64,000 bases of DNA from Laetmonice hystrix (taxonomy: Eukaryota). Of this stretch, positions 41,126 to 52,980 are shown piece by piece. Each line of letters begins with the position of its first letter. The stretch's first letter is position 1. The stretch is taken from positions 34,038,001 through 34,102,000 of the forward strand of contig OZ249436.1 in NCBI GenBank assembly GCA_965235115.1, read 5' to 3'. A program made the translations under genes and the position numbers. A model generated the notes under the pieces. That model saw only the letters and a program-made list of their open reading frames with translations. It was not told where the DNA came from and did no database searches.

Positions 41126-42464
41126 TCCTTTGCCTATAACCTCCGTCGTGTAGGCTTCCATATTTTACAAACTGGGAATTCGCGCGGTTTTCACGCAATA
41201 TCTTCACCATACCAGGATATAATATAGGTAGAAACGATGACAACTCCAGACTTGCTATTACCATACACCATATACTACATTGGCTTTGCCTCTTATGAGT
41301 AACCCAGAACATCCCCGTGTTTACAGTGTGTCTTCAGACTGCGTAGTTCAAAGTTGGCCTTTTGGTCTGGGAACATGGCCCCAGGAGGACTCTTTGATGA
41401 CCCCATACGATACATGTCAGGCATATTGTAATAGTACTACTGCTACGATCATTACATACATTGTGGTCACAATGAGGTCACCTGGTGACAATGTGACATT
41501 GGGGTCACATCTTGCCTCCAGCACTGACCACATCACAGGCCTGGCTATTATAACACTCAACCTTGAGCTGGAGCCAAGACTGGAGTACAGTCAGTGTCAG
41601 TCAGGCCCACACAGATCTCCCTGAAACAGCCGAATAACAGCATGACTGTAGAGTAGTGACCAGTGGCACGTGGACTGGAAGACGATCTTTGGCGTTCATA
41701 TCGGAAACATGGAGTCGATTATATGGGATGGTTGTGTTTTTGAACAGGAAGATGTAGCTTATTACATAAAACCCGTCGATCTTAAGTTATAAATATGTCT
41801 TCTATTTTTTAACCTAGCTGATAACCTAACCTGACAAGCAATCTCTCAGTGACAGCATAAATATGGCATGCCATGGTGTTTCCGCACAAAAAGAAGCAGA
41901 CATATAGAAGCAGAGATCTATACTGGCCTGAGGTCTCACCAAGTGCACTTACTGATGTGTCTCCAAAATCGATTGCAATATTATTCATAATAATTACATT
42001 CCTCGGCGCCAAAACATTTGAATCAGGATATTTCTGTATAGCCATCCTAAAACTTCTTGTAGACTTCAGACTTAAGTGTAGTAAGACCCTATATATATGT
42101 AGTAGCATGCTAGTATGCCTATATGGTAAATGTTATAATAGTTTATGCAGGAGGCCGGGAAGGTTATTGAGTTGTCTTAATTTTAGTTCAATTTCAGTTC
42201 ATTTAAAAAAATGAAGCTGGACCAGACTTACTAGAAATATTCCCACACGAAGACATATAAAATTCTAATCAGGAAGCGGCAGCGGTCGTCGTAAAGTTTC
42301 TGCCCTTTTCAAGTTTGCATGTTTCAAATTTCCCGAAATTCTGGAATGCTTTCTGTTACAATCCAGCAGGTTTTTGTAAAACTGATATGTGAAAAATACG
42401 ACAGATATATCCGTTTCAAATTCCTAACATTCGAGTGTCAACCGACTTTGGTGTTTCTCTGCAG

Positions 42465-42683
42465 GTTGGGCAGTGGGGAGGCGGTGAGCCGGTGGTCAGC
42501 CAGCAATGTCCAGCTGTTCGCGGGACCAGCCTCCCGGACTCCCCGGCCTGCCCTGGCCGAGTCCGACTGTGGAGAGAGGCATACCTTCGCCTGGCTCACC
42601 AATGGTCTCGTATTGAGTTTGGGAAACCATGCTCAACTCGGTTATACTTTGTCTTCAACATTGAGAACTACAAGGAAAATGAG
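42465..42683 (+). CDS. Candidate 219-nt open exon encoding one divergent RCC1 repeat (RCC1/HERC-type propeller blade)
   Basis: Acceptor gtgtttctctgcAG|, weak donor GAG|GTAGTT. Open frame LGSGEAVSRWSASNVQLFAG...DCGERHTFAWLTNGLVLSLGNHAQLG with CG..HT.A....G.V...G...QLG at RCC1 spacing. Confidence 0.6.
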
Positions 42684-43789
42684 GTAGTTGAGTTTGTTCG
42701 GTTCGAGTCTCTGTTCATGACCTTATGAATACTAAACTTTACATGACCCTGTGACATAAAATAAAAGTAATCATATATTTTATTTCATGTACCAGGGGTG
42801 ATTAGATTGCGTTTTTTGCCATTCTCTCGTGATTATAAGGAGATTGGGTGTGAGAAATGTTGATGGTAATACATATAGGGAACATACTGTACCTACTAAA
42901 GCGCTCACCTGGTAAAAACCAACGTAAGCTTAATCCTTATAAATAAGGAATAGTTCGGTGTAAAGAATACATAATATAATAATTTTAAAACGGCAGATAT
43001 CTCAAAGGGGGCCTGATTTAACCAGGTGGTCGTGGCAGTAAGCGACCAGCACCCGTAGATATAGCCCCCTAGTGGTCATTGTGTGCAAGCGTGAGAACGT
43101 TATGGAAATATGTGCCAGAGAAAGGCATGTACCCCCGGTGCAACAGAATCATACAAAATTAATTCCACTAGCTGTATTTTTGAATACATCGAGGTGGCGA
43201 ACATCCCGCATAAAGGCTAAACGTTCGAACGACTCGAACCCCTTTGTTTATCAGTGGCGCGGCAGTGCTCAGCTAAGTAAATCTAAGGTTATTACAGTAG
43301 TTCTAAGTAATCCGTGATACTGTGACATGAAGGAGTGAATGAGGAAGAGGAGGATAGGAGAAAAGAAAAGCATTATGAAGGATCGTTTTATACTTTTGTT
43401 TGAAGATATCCCATGAAATGGGGAAAGCTTATTCATTGTGATCACCACCCAACATCTTGATGGCAGGATCACATTTATCTAATAGGGCATAAGATCTGTG
43501 AGGCTGTGAAATTGGATCACTTATGGTATTGTGAAAAGAGGGAGTTACACTACACTATGGCCAGATCGGAACAAAAAGCCAAAGTATTAATGTTGATGGA
43601 TACAAATTTTTCGTAGGAGCCAAGGAAACAGCTCACCTTTCACAAGTCTTTCTGTTAGCTTGAGGAGAATTGTGGACTATAGGTTAGGATGATGGAGGGG
43701 CTTTTCTACAGGCAATTAGCCCTTGTAAAGGCAGAACTAATTATGGAAGACACATAGAATATGATACAGAGTCAACAGGAAGACGCAAC

Positions 43790-43972
43790 TTGCGCTGGGA
43801 TAATTTTCACTCGGCATCTGATGAGGAACTTCTTTACTGCCAGTACTCGAAGACAAAGGCCTCCGACTTATCTGACTTAGGTCTTAACGGATTGAAATGG
43901 ATTGAGTCATTTCCAGGGCAAATGGAGATCCTTTTAAAGGAGGTTGGTGAACGTAAAAAAACATTTATATAA
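43790..43972 (+). pseudogene. RCC1-like repeat fragment
   Basis: WDNFHSASDEELLYC...SDLGLNGLKWIESFPGQMEILLKEVGERK, cf. G..FHSAA...ELY.W...LGL....IESL.G..I..V..G..H. Confidence 0.45.
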
Positions 43973-44554
43973 TGAAGATTTTTCAGCCTACATTTGGCCC
44001 AAATATGTGACAGATCGGGAGTTGCGTGTCCCGATGCATATGGCAAACATATTGAAAGATGACAATAAAAATACATATGTATTATATGGTAATTAATGTT
44101 AGTAACAAAAGACGTTTTATCAACATGACTCGTATGGATACTTCGGTCTCATAAAGTCTAAGAGCCAACTGTAACTGTGAGATTCATATGCACCGTTTTA
44201 TACATTTTGGCTTTATATAGAGGGGCTTTTGGTTCAAAGGTTACGATATACTTAATTTTATTCCACTTTTTGACTGTCAGCATGTTAGAATCAAATCTGT
44301 TTCTTTACAATACACACCGATTATTCTCCATAGTTTCAGAAGGAGCAGTGGTCAGACAGTGACCAGCCATTCTCCATGTGCTCATCTCTGAGCCTGCCGC
44401 CACCTGGCAGCACCACTATCGCTAGTTTAGGTAAATGCCCATAGGTGTCGCTGCAGTCGTAGCCAGCGTCCCGCATTGAAATGGCCGGTGGTGGGGGGCT
44501 AATAGATTCTGTCATGTTACAGACAATGGTCGGTCCAGAGGGGTCGTCAGGGGG

Positions 44555-44758
44555 TTGGAGTGGGCAGGTCCAGTAATAACCCTGCCTTGGGGGGCCATTG
44601 GTCAGTACTATGTCCCAGAAATGTTCCCACGCTTGAGAAGAGATAAAATGGTCCATTTACTTACGGCAGTTAGCAATTGTATTTTAGTTTGTTTTGGTCG
44701 AAGACATGAAATATTAGAGGTGGTTTCGTCTATAATATCTACAACTGATATACCGTGA
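44555..44758 (+). pseudogene. Possible RCC1-like fragment
   Basis: ITLPWGAIGQYYVPEMFPRLRRDKMVHL, cf. Y.WG....GQ...P..V..L...KVV.I. Confidence 0.3.
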
Positions 44759-46314
44759 AGTGCCTTTGTACCTGTGTTTTAACTTTTACTGCGTCCTCTT
44801 CACTTAGATATGTTTCGATATATGTATCCTTTTCTACTTGAGACTTGTGAGAGAATGTACATTAAAACATAGTTATGATATAGAAAACCAGAAAAAAGTG
44901 CTTTCCGCTGATCTGCGTGGTGTGCTTTATACATATATACGAGGCCGGCCTTTTCGCATGCAATTACACCTTTGAAAACATTAAGAGCTACTGGACAAGA
45001 CATCACTTACAACTCCCACAAAATTACTTAGTGTTTTTTTAAGGAATCGTTAGGTATGGTAGGAAAGAACACCATCACTCAATCTTTTAATTCAAGAAAT
45101 TCTAAGCGTTTCAAACAGGACACATTTGTTAATCTAAAAGCCAATCGAATGGAATCAGACGATTTGAAAGAATGTCCTGATGGAATCGCATCAGCTTTTG
45201 ACTCAGTTATTTAGTCTAATAGGTGGGTAATATGTTGACTCACCATTACATGTACATAGACCATTAGCCTTTGAGCATACCACGCCAACGTATTTGTCCT
45301 GTGGAAATAAATCCGACATAAATCACCATTTTTCTTTGAGCCATGCCGGGGAGAGATTGCGAAGGGAAGACGGCCACTAATGATGTGTATTATTTGAGAA
45401 GGCGGAGCTGATGAGGCCGGGGCCTTGATCGTGATCAGGTTAACCCGGATGATCCAGCCCCCTGCCCCACCCCCCTGGCCGGCTGCAGATTAACACGGCA
45501 AACACTGCACTCATTGTGTGCGGTGCGCTGCCGTTATTTATGTGTAATAATTGGGGTGATAATTGATAATATGTGAGGTAGGGGGTGCAGGAAGTGGTCT
45601 GACCCCCCAGGACAGGTGGACAAGATAACCACCTCGACGGCCTGTGATGGATGGTCTGTCATAACCGTACAAACATTCCCGGCCTCCACAAAGGAATCCT
45701 AAGCCTCCTCCCGCCCGGACCTTTTTGCTTATCTCGTTAGGAGTCAAGCTGAGGAAAGAGATATGATGAGCATTAATTGTCTCCCAGCATCCCGTCAACA
45801 GGGAATAAGTTTGACAACGTTTTGTTTTATGCATGCAGTCAAGTTCACTTCAAAGCGCTTCGCTCCATCTTACTTACACCTTTATTGACAGCTGTGAACA
45901 ATAAGTATACTAAGTCTGTGTTTATAAAGATATATATTTGACTTCGTTGAATGTGTCTTGTCTCATGCAGTACCTTGAAGACAGTTATGTAATATAATAT
46001 ACATCTATATACTGTGTGATATACATGCATGATTAGAAATGCGGTATGCAAAATACCTATAATTCATTATACTAATGTTCAAAGTATTAGGATCATATCA
46101 TAAACTCCTGAGGTTTTCAAGGAGGTGTATGAACAATATCCCAATAAATGTACATTTGGGAAGACATAAATGAAAAATAAATGTAATTATATTGAAGTAT
46201 CCAAAAAATAAACGAAAGCAATGTACAATATAGTTTTACCTTTTCACCATTGACTGAAGTATCACTTAACCATAGGATTTGGATGGTGGTAACTGGGGAG
46301 AAATAGCCACTCTA

Positions 46315-46481
46315 CAGGGGCGGATCCGGGATTTTGGTAAGGGGAAGGGTGCTAGCGGAATAATAATTTGCTTTAGGAGGGGGTGCAGCATGGTCAATTT
46401 AAAAGGTTCTCTGGGTAAAAGAAAAACCGGTTGCCAAAGGGGAATTAACCCCCCTAACCCCCCTCCCCCGATCGGCCACTG
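46315..46481. mobile_element. MITE (167 bp), CAG...CTG termini, 5-bp TSD CTCTA
   Basis: Left end CAGGGGCGGATCCGGG, right end CCCCGATCGGCCACTG (13/16 inverted match). CTCTA at 46310-46314 and 46482-46486. Confidence 0.85.
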
Positions 46482-46489
46482 CTCTATAA

Positions 46490-46663
46490 CAGGCCCGTAA
46501 TTTCCATCAAATTATTGAGGGGGCTACTGAATTATTGAGGGGGCTCGACGAACAGATCCAAGGTTCTCCCTAGTACAGTAGGATAATTATTAGGCAACAC
46601 TGAAAATATTGGGGGGGGGGGCTTCAGCCCCCTAGCCCCCCCCCCCCCTGAATTACGGCCCTG
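46490..46663. mobile_element. MITE (174 bp), CAG...CTG termini, 5-bp TSD TATAA
   Basis: Left end CAGGCCCGTAATT, right end AATTACGGCCCTG (12/13 inverted match). TATAA at 46485-46489 and 46664-46668. Internal 15-bp duplication ATTATTGAGGGGGCT and G/C runs. Confidence 0.9.
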
Positions 46664-47631
46664 TATAAGGTAGCTTGACCTGGAAGGTATTGTATTGAGT
46701 CAATACTTATTTGGATTGTAAACAATGCCCAGCGTTTGAGTGTATTTGAAGGAGCTTTGTGAGCCTGTTAGAGGCCCACATGAAATTCAAACTTCGAAAG
46801 CCATTCTAATCTTGAAAATCTTAAATGCTGATGGTCCTAGCACTTTTTTTTATAAGAACAGATTCATTATGAATCACCTGTGCTGTGAGTTAGCAGTGGG
46901 CAGAGTGACTGTCAGTTGTCTTTCTCTACCGTCCAGTTTGGCGTCGTGCCTGGGTGGCGGGCAGAATGGCAACATTTTGATGGATGTTGTCAAACTGTTT
47001 GATGTGAGTCACAGAGGTGAGTATGAAGAGCCCGTGAGGTGTAATGCACGTTGTGCTACCCGGGCCGCTGACGGCACCTCGGAATCTATGTTATAGAAGT
47101 CTGACTGTGAGGTTTGAGGAGACACAAAGTCAGCAAGCACCATTATTATTAAACGTGGGGGAGGTGATGTAGGTGGGTGGATTGGGTGGGCGACACCTGA
47201 CCTTGGCGACCACAGCGGTCGGACTCTCGCTGTCTCGGTCTCTACCTGGAGGTGTAGAGACCGTTGGTCTCGTACTTGTGACGGGGCCTCAGGTAGAGTG
47301 GGAGGCGGCCACAGCAGGTGGGCGAGGTTAGACACGGTGTGACACCACAACGGCCGGCCTGGCCAAAAAAAAAACACCTCTGGCATGATCTCAGAGAAAA
47401 GGTCGAGATATCAGGCTGAGACATAACTATGGGACAAGTCTTGTTATTCTGTGTAGGTTTAGAAGAGTATGAAACAGTCTGGCAAGATTCCAGTAGTTTG
47501 TCTTGTTTGCAAGATGTCCGGGCTCAGTCCTGACTTCCAAAGAGTCAGCATTTTTATTTCAAAATCCATTTTGGGGATAAAACCAGTTATAAACAATTCA
47601 TAAAACTTGCTACTTTTCTTTAACTAATCCG

Positions 47632-47788
47632 CAGCGGCGGCGCTTGGGGAGCCCCCCCCCCCCCATCCGCCCCAAATTTTGTTTGTCTTCTGTGTGCCCC
47701 CCCAGTTTATACTAGTCTATAAAAATCAAAGTGTGTGACATACGTCTTGGCCACCCCACCCTCACCCCCGGTTTTCGGTTTGCCCCTA
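47632..47788. mobile_element. Possible degenerate MITE relic of the same CAG-GG-CG class
   Basis: Starts CAGCGGCGGCGCTTGGGGAG plus a C-run and ends CCCCCGG...TGCCCCTA. Similar size and architecture, but poor TIR and no TSD. Confidence 0.3.
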
Positions 47789-49966
47789 TACTTTGTAAGT
47801 TGTATTGGGACAGATGACTGAAGTACTCTGCGACCTGAAGCCTATACACAGTGTTTTCTTTGAAGGAAAGTGATAAAAACTGCCAGACTCCCTAGTCCGT
47901 GTGAAAGGTATCCTCCCTCTACCTCTGTAGACATTAATCATTGCAACTCGTCCACTCTGAGCCAGATATATAATGAAGCAGAGCATGGCTTCAGTTGTCA
48001 AACGTGACCCCGCCTTTTTCAGCAGAGTTTGATCATATAACCCCTGGAGTCAGTGTGCACAAACCTTCCACCTGTACCTTCCCTGACCCTGAACAAAATG
48101 AGTAAGTTCTATGATAACAGCGAGGAATCCCAACAGTACAGGCTTAGTTCTTGGTGCGGTGCTGATGGGAACTGAATGCCATCTGCCGTACTCCGTGTAA
48201 CATGGCGACGGTTGGAAGGTCTGACTAATAATACAAGCAGCTTGCGGCACTGGAGGTAATAGGTAACCTGATCTTATTAATAGCAAAGCTGGCCACGTCC
48301 TCTCAACAGGATCTGACCGTGTCCTAACACCTGCAGTTCAGCTAATCCTCGCTCAGGTCATCTAATGCAGCCGGGCACAACTTTGAAGGGTTATACAAAA
48401 AGGGAGACAGGCATGACCCAAGGTGACACTTCACGTATGAACTTGGTCACACCGGCCGAAGGAGGATGATGGAGGTGGGGGCTTTGAGGATTTGACTCCG
48501 GCAGGGCATGGGGTGCCGAGTAGGGTGGGTTTTTTGGTGGAGGGGGGTCAGGGGTGGGGGTGGGGTCAGCAGGAACAAGATGGAAGGGCTCAGGACGTGT
48601 GGGATTCAGAGGCTGACCAGTGGGATCAGGTGTCAGAGGGTCTGTGATCCTCATATTATCCATCTTGTAGTGATCTCTGCCGTAACCCAAGGAAAGCGGA
48701 GCGCTGCCTGAGGGCTTCGCCTATCAAACCAATTACTCGGCCGTCTAGGGGTATAGAGGGCGTGGGGATTCTGGTTCTAGCAACGGGATTATTAGGGTCA
48801 TGAGGAAAGGCTTTGGTTTGGGGTTATTGTTTCAGTTGGGAGGTGTTTGCAGCAAAATAAGATAACATATAATACTACATTATTGTACATATAGCACGCG
48901 TGGGTGTGAGTGTGGGTGTCGGGATAGGGACAGTGAGAGATATACTGGATTCGTGTGTGGGTGTACGCGCAAGTGTTTATAAATTTATATTTATTATTCC
49001 ATAATAACTAGGTGAGTAGAATCGGGAATCCAGCCCCCCCCCCCTTTGATCACTTGAACAATACATCAATAAAGGTGTGGTACAATGCGGAAAAGGACGC
49101 ATTCCTTGAAACACGTGTTGTATGATACAGATACGTCCGCCACTATTCATTTCTCACTTAATTAAAAAACACAGTCTCCACCATTGTCCCTTTTTTAATG
49201 GTTATGTTTGAAGTAGGAAGCGGGTCGATGGCGGCTTGTGCCGATCCATTGAAGCACTGGTGATTGAGTTGATTTTTGCTAAATGCTTACTGCAAATTAC
49301 CTTATCCTCCTGTTTACAAATAGAACAGATGTAAATAAAATTGACTTTGGCAAACTTTGTATGTCACAATTGTGACCACGTAATGACCTGTTCAGTGTTG
49401 GTGCTGAACGGCACAGGTTGGAATGCCCTGGTACCCACATTATTACAGAATTACTATCGAGTGTAAAGGGCCACTATAGTTATGTTTATCGTGATTAAGT
49501 CAATATATTTAATATCACAATATTGTTAGGACCGTCCTTTGGTAACAGCTGGTTCTACACAAGTGGCTGTGCCGCAGACCGATAGTGATGCCCTTTTGTG
49601 AGAAATGCATTACTTTTGTTAGACCGCGCAGTAAGAATGGATGAACCTGGGAGGAAACCGAACATGTAGGTTAGGTATAAATTGTCACCTTCACCACACG
49701 TCCGCTGAAAACTGGTCAAGAAGGGTTATGAAAGCAGAGGAAAACTGTAGTCTTTCATGGATGACCTTCGAGATTTTGATCATAACAGTTACGTTTCTCT
49801 TTATAATACACAATATGGGGATGTGGCTGTTTCAGGCAGAAACAGAAACATGGCAGATGATGGCCTTGGGATTGTACAATGTACGTGTAATTCTTAATGA
49901 AACTTTATAAGGTTTTCATGTCAATGTCATCCTTCGTTCGGGTTATAGCTTCGGGTGGGTGAGCAA

Positions 49967-50120
49967 TAGTGGGACAGGAAGGGGGGCAGGGTGGCGTTTG
50001 GCGTTTTCTCATCCATTTTTCAATTGATTATGTTGGAGCCCCTATGCTGGATTCCCTTTTGCCACATTTCTCCTTCGGACCCCCCCCCCCCCAATCCTCC
50101 AAATTCTGGATCTTCCCCTG
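49967..50120 (-). mobile_element. Degenerate MITE related to 46315-46481
   Basis: End CTGGATCTTCCCCTG matches the reverse complement of the 46315 left TIR at 12/15 and is preceded by CGGACCCCCCCCCCCC. Other end (TAGTGGGACAGGAAGGGGGG) is decayed. No TSD. Confidence 0.45.
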
Positions 50121-50292
50121 GAGAGGAGGGCATCATTCTGACATTGTTCTAGGCATCGCAAGGAAGAGTGGATACACCTGCAACGGATGCACCAGGATAG
50201 ATATTAGCATGAGTATATCAGGCAGGGGTTGGGTTGGTACCAAGGGTATGACTCTATAGAATCCTACGCTGGGTTGGAACGCGTTAGGGGTC

Positions 50293-50712
50293 TCAGAGGC
50301 TGGTGTTAGAATAGTGAAAAGTTATGGGTGGTAATTTTTCCCATGAGTTGTTTGTTTGCAAGTTTTCCTGCCCTTGCTGACCTGCGAATTGTGTGAGGCA
50401 TGTGACATGGGGGTTGGCTTTCCTAATGGCCACAACTCCTGGTGGTATAGCGGCCGTGGACACAAGAGCTGCATCCTTTAACACAACGCCTGATGAGGTA
50501 ATTATAGGCCAAGGCCAATAGGCTCCAGTCAGTCCTGATCCCTGACACAGACTCTGATGGGTTAACAATAGGGAAAACTGGGGGCTAATACAGGGGTGTG
50601 GCCACACCCGGTACATGGGCCCCATCGTCAGCGGATCCAGCTTGTAGTGCAAAAGCACTGACCCATCCTTACTGGCATTACCAGTATGCGGCAAACCACA
50701 CAGTGTACACAC
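50293..50712 (-). pseudogene. 139-aa ORF with partial RCC1-like repeats, minus strand
   Basis: CGLPHTGNASKDGSV has CG..HT.....DG.V at exact RCC1 spacing. Also SPQFSLLLTHQSLCQGSG, ITSSGVV and VVAIRKANPHVTCLT. Confidence 0.55.
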
Positions 50713-51605
50713 AACCGAGAGTTTATGATCCCAAGCCTGACCAGGCTAGGGCCTGTCATCAAGCTGGCTAGCAGCAGCTTCAAAGGGCACGTAAGCCACC
50801 CTAAGTGTAGCCGATAGAGCTAATAACACCAGACCACGTGCCCCTCCGTGACCCACCATTTAGCTCCTCACTGTTGGCTGCCTCTAATCTTAACCTCCTA
50901 GGTGGCACTTTGGCAGCCCAAGCGCTGGTCGTTGACCACTGGAGGCTATGTGTCAAACTGGGGAGGCGTGGGTTACGCACCGACCGCCTCATTGCGTTTC
51001 TGTCGGTAAATAACACCGACTAGTGCGGCAGGCCCCTATACTCCTCGACACCTACCTCTCCGGGGGTAGGTCGACCCCGGCGGCCGGTGTAAACTTGATG
51101 AAAACTCGGAGTCGCAAGCACTGAGTGCCAAGAGACGAGGAGACCCCTCCTTGGGGGTAATCTCGGTGTACTCTGCTGTCAGTCAGGAGGAGCAGCTCGG
51201 AATAAACGCAAACAGCAGCTCAGGGCGAAGAAACACAAACCCGCCGCTGTTCCAGCTTCTCAGTCTGTGGTTTAAGTCGGCATGAAGTTCTCGTGGCAGT
51301 TTTTCGGGGGAAGGGATTCAGTTTTTTGGTGTTTAGATAATGCACAGACATAAAAGGATTCATTGATCAGGTAGAGAAGTGCTCCGAAGAATTTCCAAGA
51401 TTTCAAAGTTTAGAGATGTCTGAGAGGATTCGTTTCTTTTACCTACCACAAGTTTGGATGGAGTCTGAGACGAGCGGTGCCAGCTGTAGACAAGATGGAG
51501 TCAGCGGCAAGGATAAGACACCTGACACCTTTCCTTCTACACAATCTTTATCCGCAATTGTAGCTCGAATAAATGCACCTCGACTTTTCTTTTTATCTCT
51601 CTCAG

Positions 51606-51637
51606 ACTAATCCTCCGCTGATGGAAATTGCATTTGT
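51606..51637 (+). pseudogene. 32-nt RCC1-like pseudo-microexon
   Basis: Strong acceptor cttttctttttatctctctcAG| and donor |GTAAGT. One frame reads *SSADGNCIC, cf. L...DG.VYC(WG). Confidence 0.3.
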
Positions 51638-52904
51638 GTAAGTGACTTATTATACATAAAACAATCTTTTTAGTGCTACCGTCCTCTCTGAATGCTTCTC
51701 TTTTTGAGCTCGGTTGATATGTGAATGGCGTTTCTTAAGTCCTCACCAAGGGCTATCTGCCGAACGAACGGCCTGTTAATTGATGTGAATGTGATTGGTA
51801 GGAGTGTAAAAGTGCTGTTTGTTGTGCTGGTTGTTCTCGGGCTTTTTATCAGGTGCCTCCTTCAATCAACAATCATGGCCATCGTTACTCTCACACTAGA
51901 TGGAATTCAGTGAGAATTGGGGGTGTTGTAAACGGTGGATCTCTTTGTTTGTTACGGCCAGAGTTAGGTTAGCAGGAAGGGGGTGTCAAGTGATGATGGA
52001 CGTATACAAATACGATAAAGAAAATGTGTGTATATATATTTGTACGTGGGGAGGTGTAAGGAAATATTGAATGAGCCAATTATTTTTTCCGATGTGTACA
52101 GTTCACAGGGTGGGACCCTTTGGGTGACCCAGACTCAAGGTCACCAAGTGGTCATGGCTGAACTCCACTCAAGAGGAAAACATCCTGTGCTGATAGCTTC
52201 AAGTTTTTTTTCTTCAATGCTTTTTGAGAGAAAATAGAGAATCTTGTGTTTTATGTACATATGCTTGATGCGTTCGTTGAGGCGAGATGTAGCGTAAATA
52301 TTTAGAATCATGCAGAGTGGTGGCGTTTGACAAAGGAGCAAAGTTGGCGACCTTGGCCCTCGTGATCAGAAGGGAGGTCTGAGGGGGAGGCGGGCAAACA
52401 GGGCCGGGGGTTTGGCAGGGGTCAGGTCAGGGCCGGCGGGGTTGGGGAGCAGGGGGGCAGCGTGCTCCGGCGGGACCCGGTCGCGCTTAGCGGCCGAGAG
52501 CGTCCCACCTGTGTACACTGGGCAGTGAATGTGTTACCTGTAGGGTTGCCACCAGAGGTGAAGGGGTTGCGTGGACTTTACCCGGCGCCCTGACCCAAGG
52601 GGTGCTTCAGAGGTCGCATTGGGTGGGTGACACTGATCTGAGGGAATGAGGTGGGTGCCCTCTTGTCTCTTACCCCCACCCCTCCCCTGGCTACGGTGTC
52701 CCTCCAGGTGCCCTGTGTCCACCTGCGTGGCTCCATGACCCTTGCCCTCACCCTCGGCAGAGAAATTCGTGACCAAAGGCTTGTTTTAACGATATCCCAG
52801 AATACATCCCCAAGTCAGCGATGTTTGATGTCCCATCAGAGGAAATATTGCAGTTTCCAGCTGTAATTTGGTCAGCTCAATCACCGGGTGAAGTGAGAAA
52901 AAAG

Positions 52905-52980
52905 GGGTCCGCAGCAGGGGACAGGTCAGAACCTCTGACCCTGAAAGACCAACACGGCCGCTGGTTCGAATCCGATCCGA
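52905..52980 (+). other. Degenerate tRNA-like or SINE-head relic (not a functional tRNA)
   Basis: Perfect B-box GGTTCGAATCC at 52963-52973 and D-loop-like GGTCAGAAC upstream. Anticodon and T stems do not pair properly. Confidence 0.25.

Noticed and set aside
46900-47030. Kelch-like LGGGQNGNILMDVVKLFD
   Set aside because: Only GG and a loose V..FD match. Could equally be RCC1-like or chance.
49641-51913. Short hydrophobic ORFs resembling channel helices (49641-49910, 51725-51913)
   Set aside because: T-rich sequence readily yields hydrophobic peptides and there are no diagnostic motifs.
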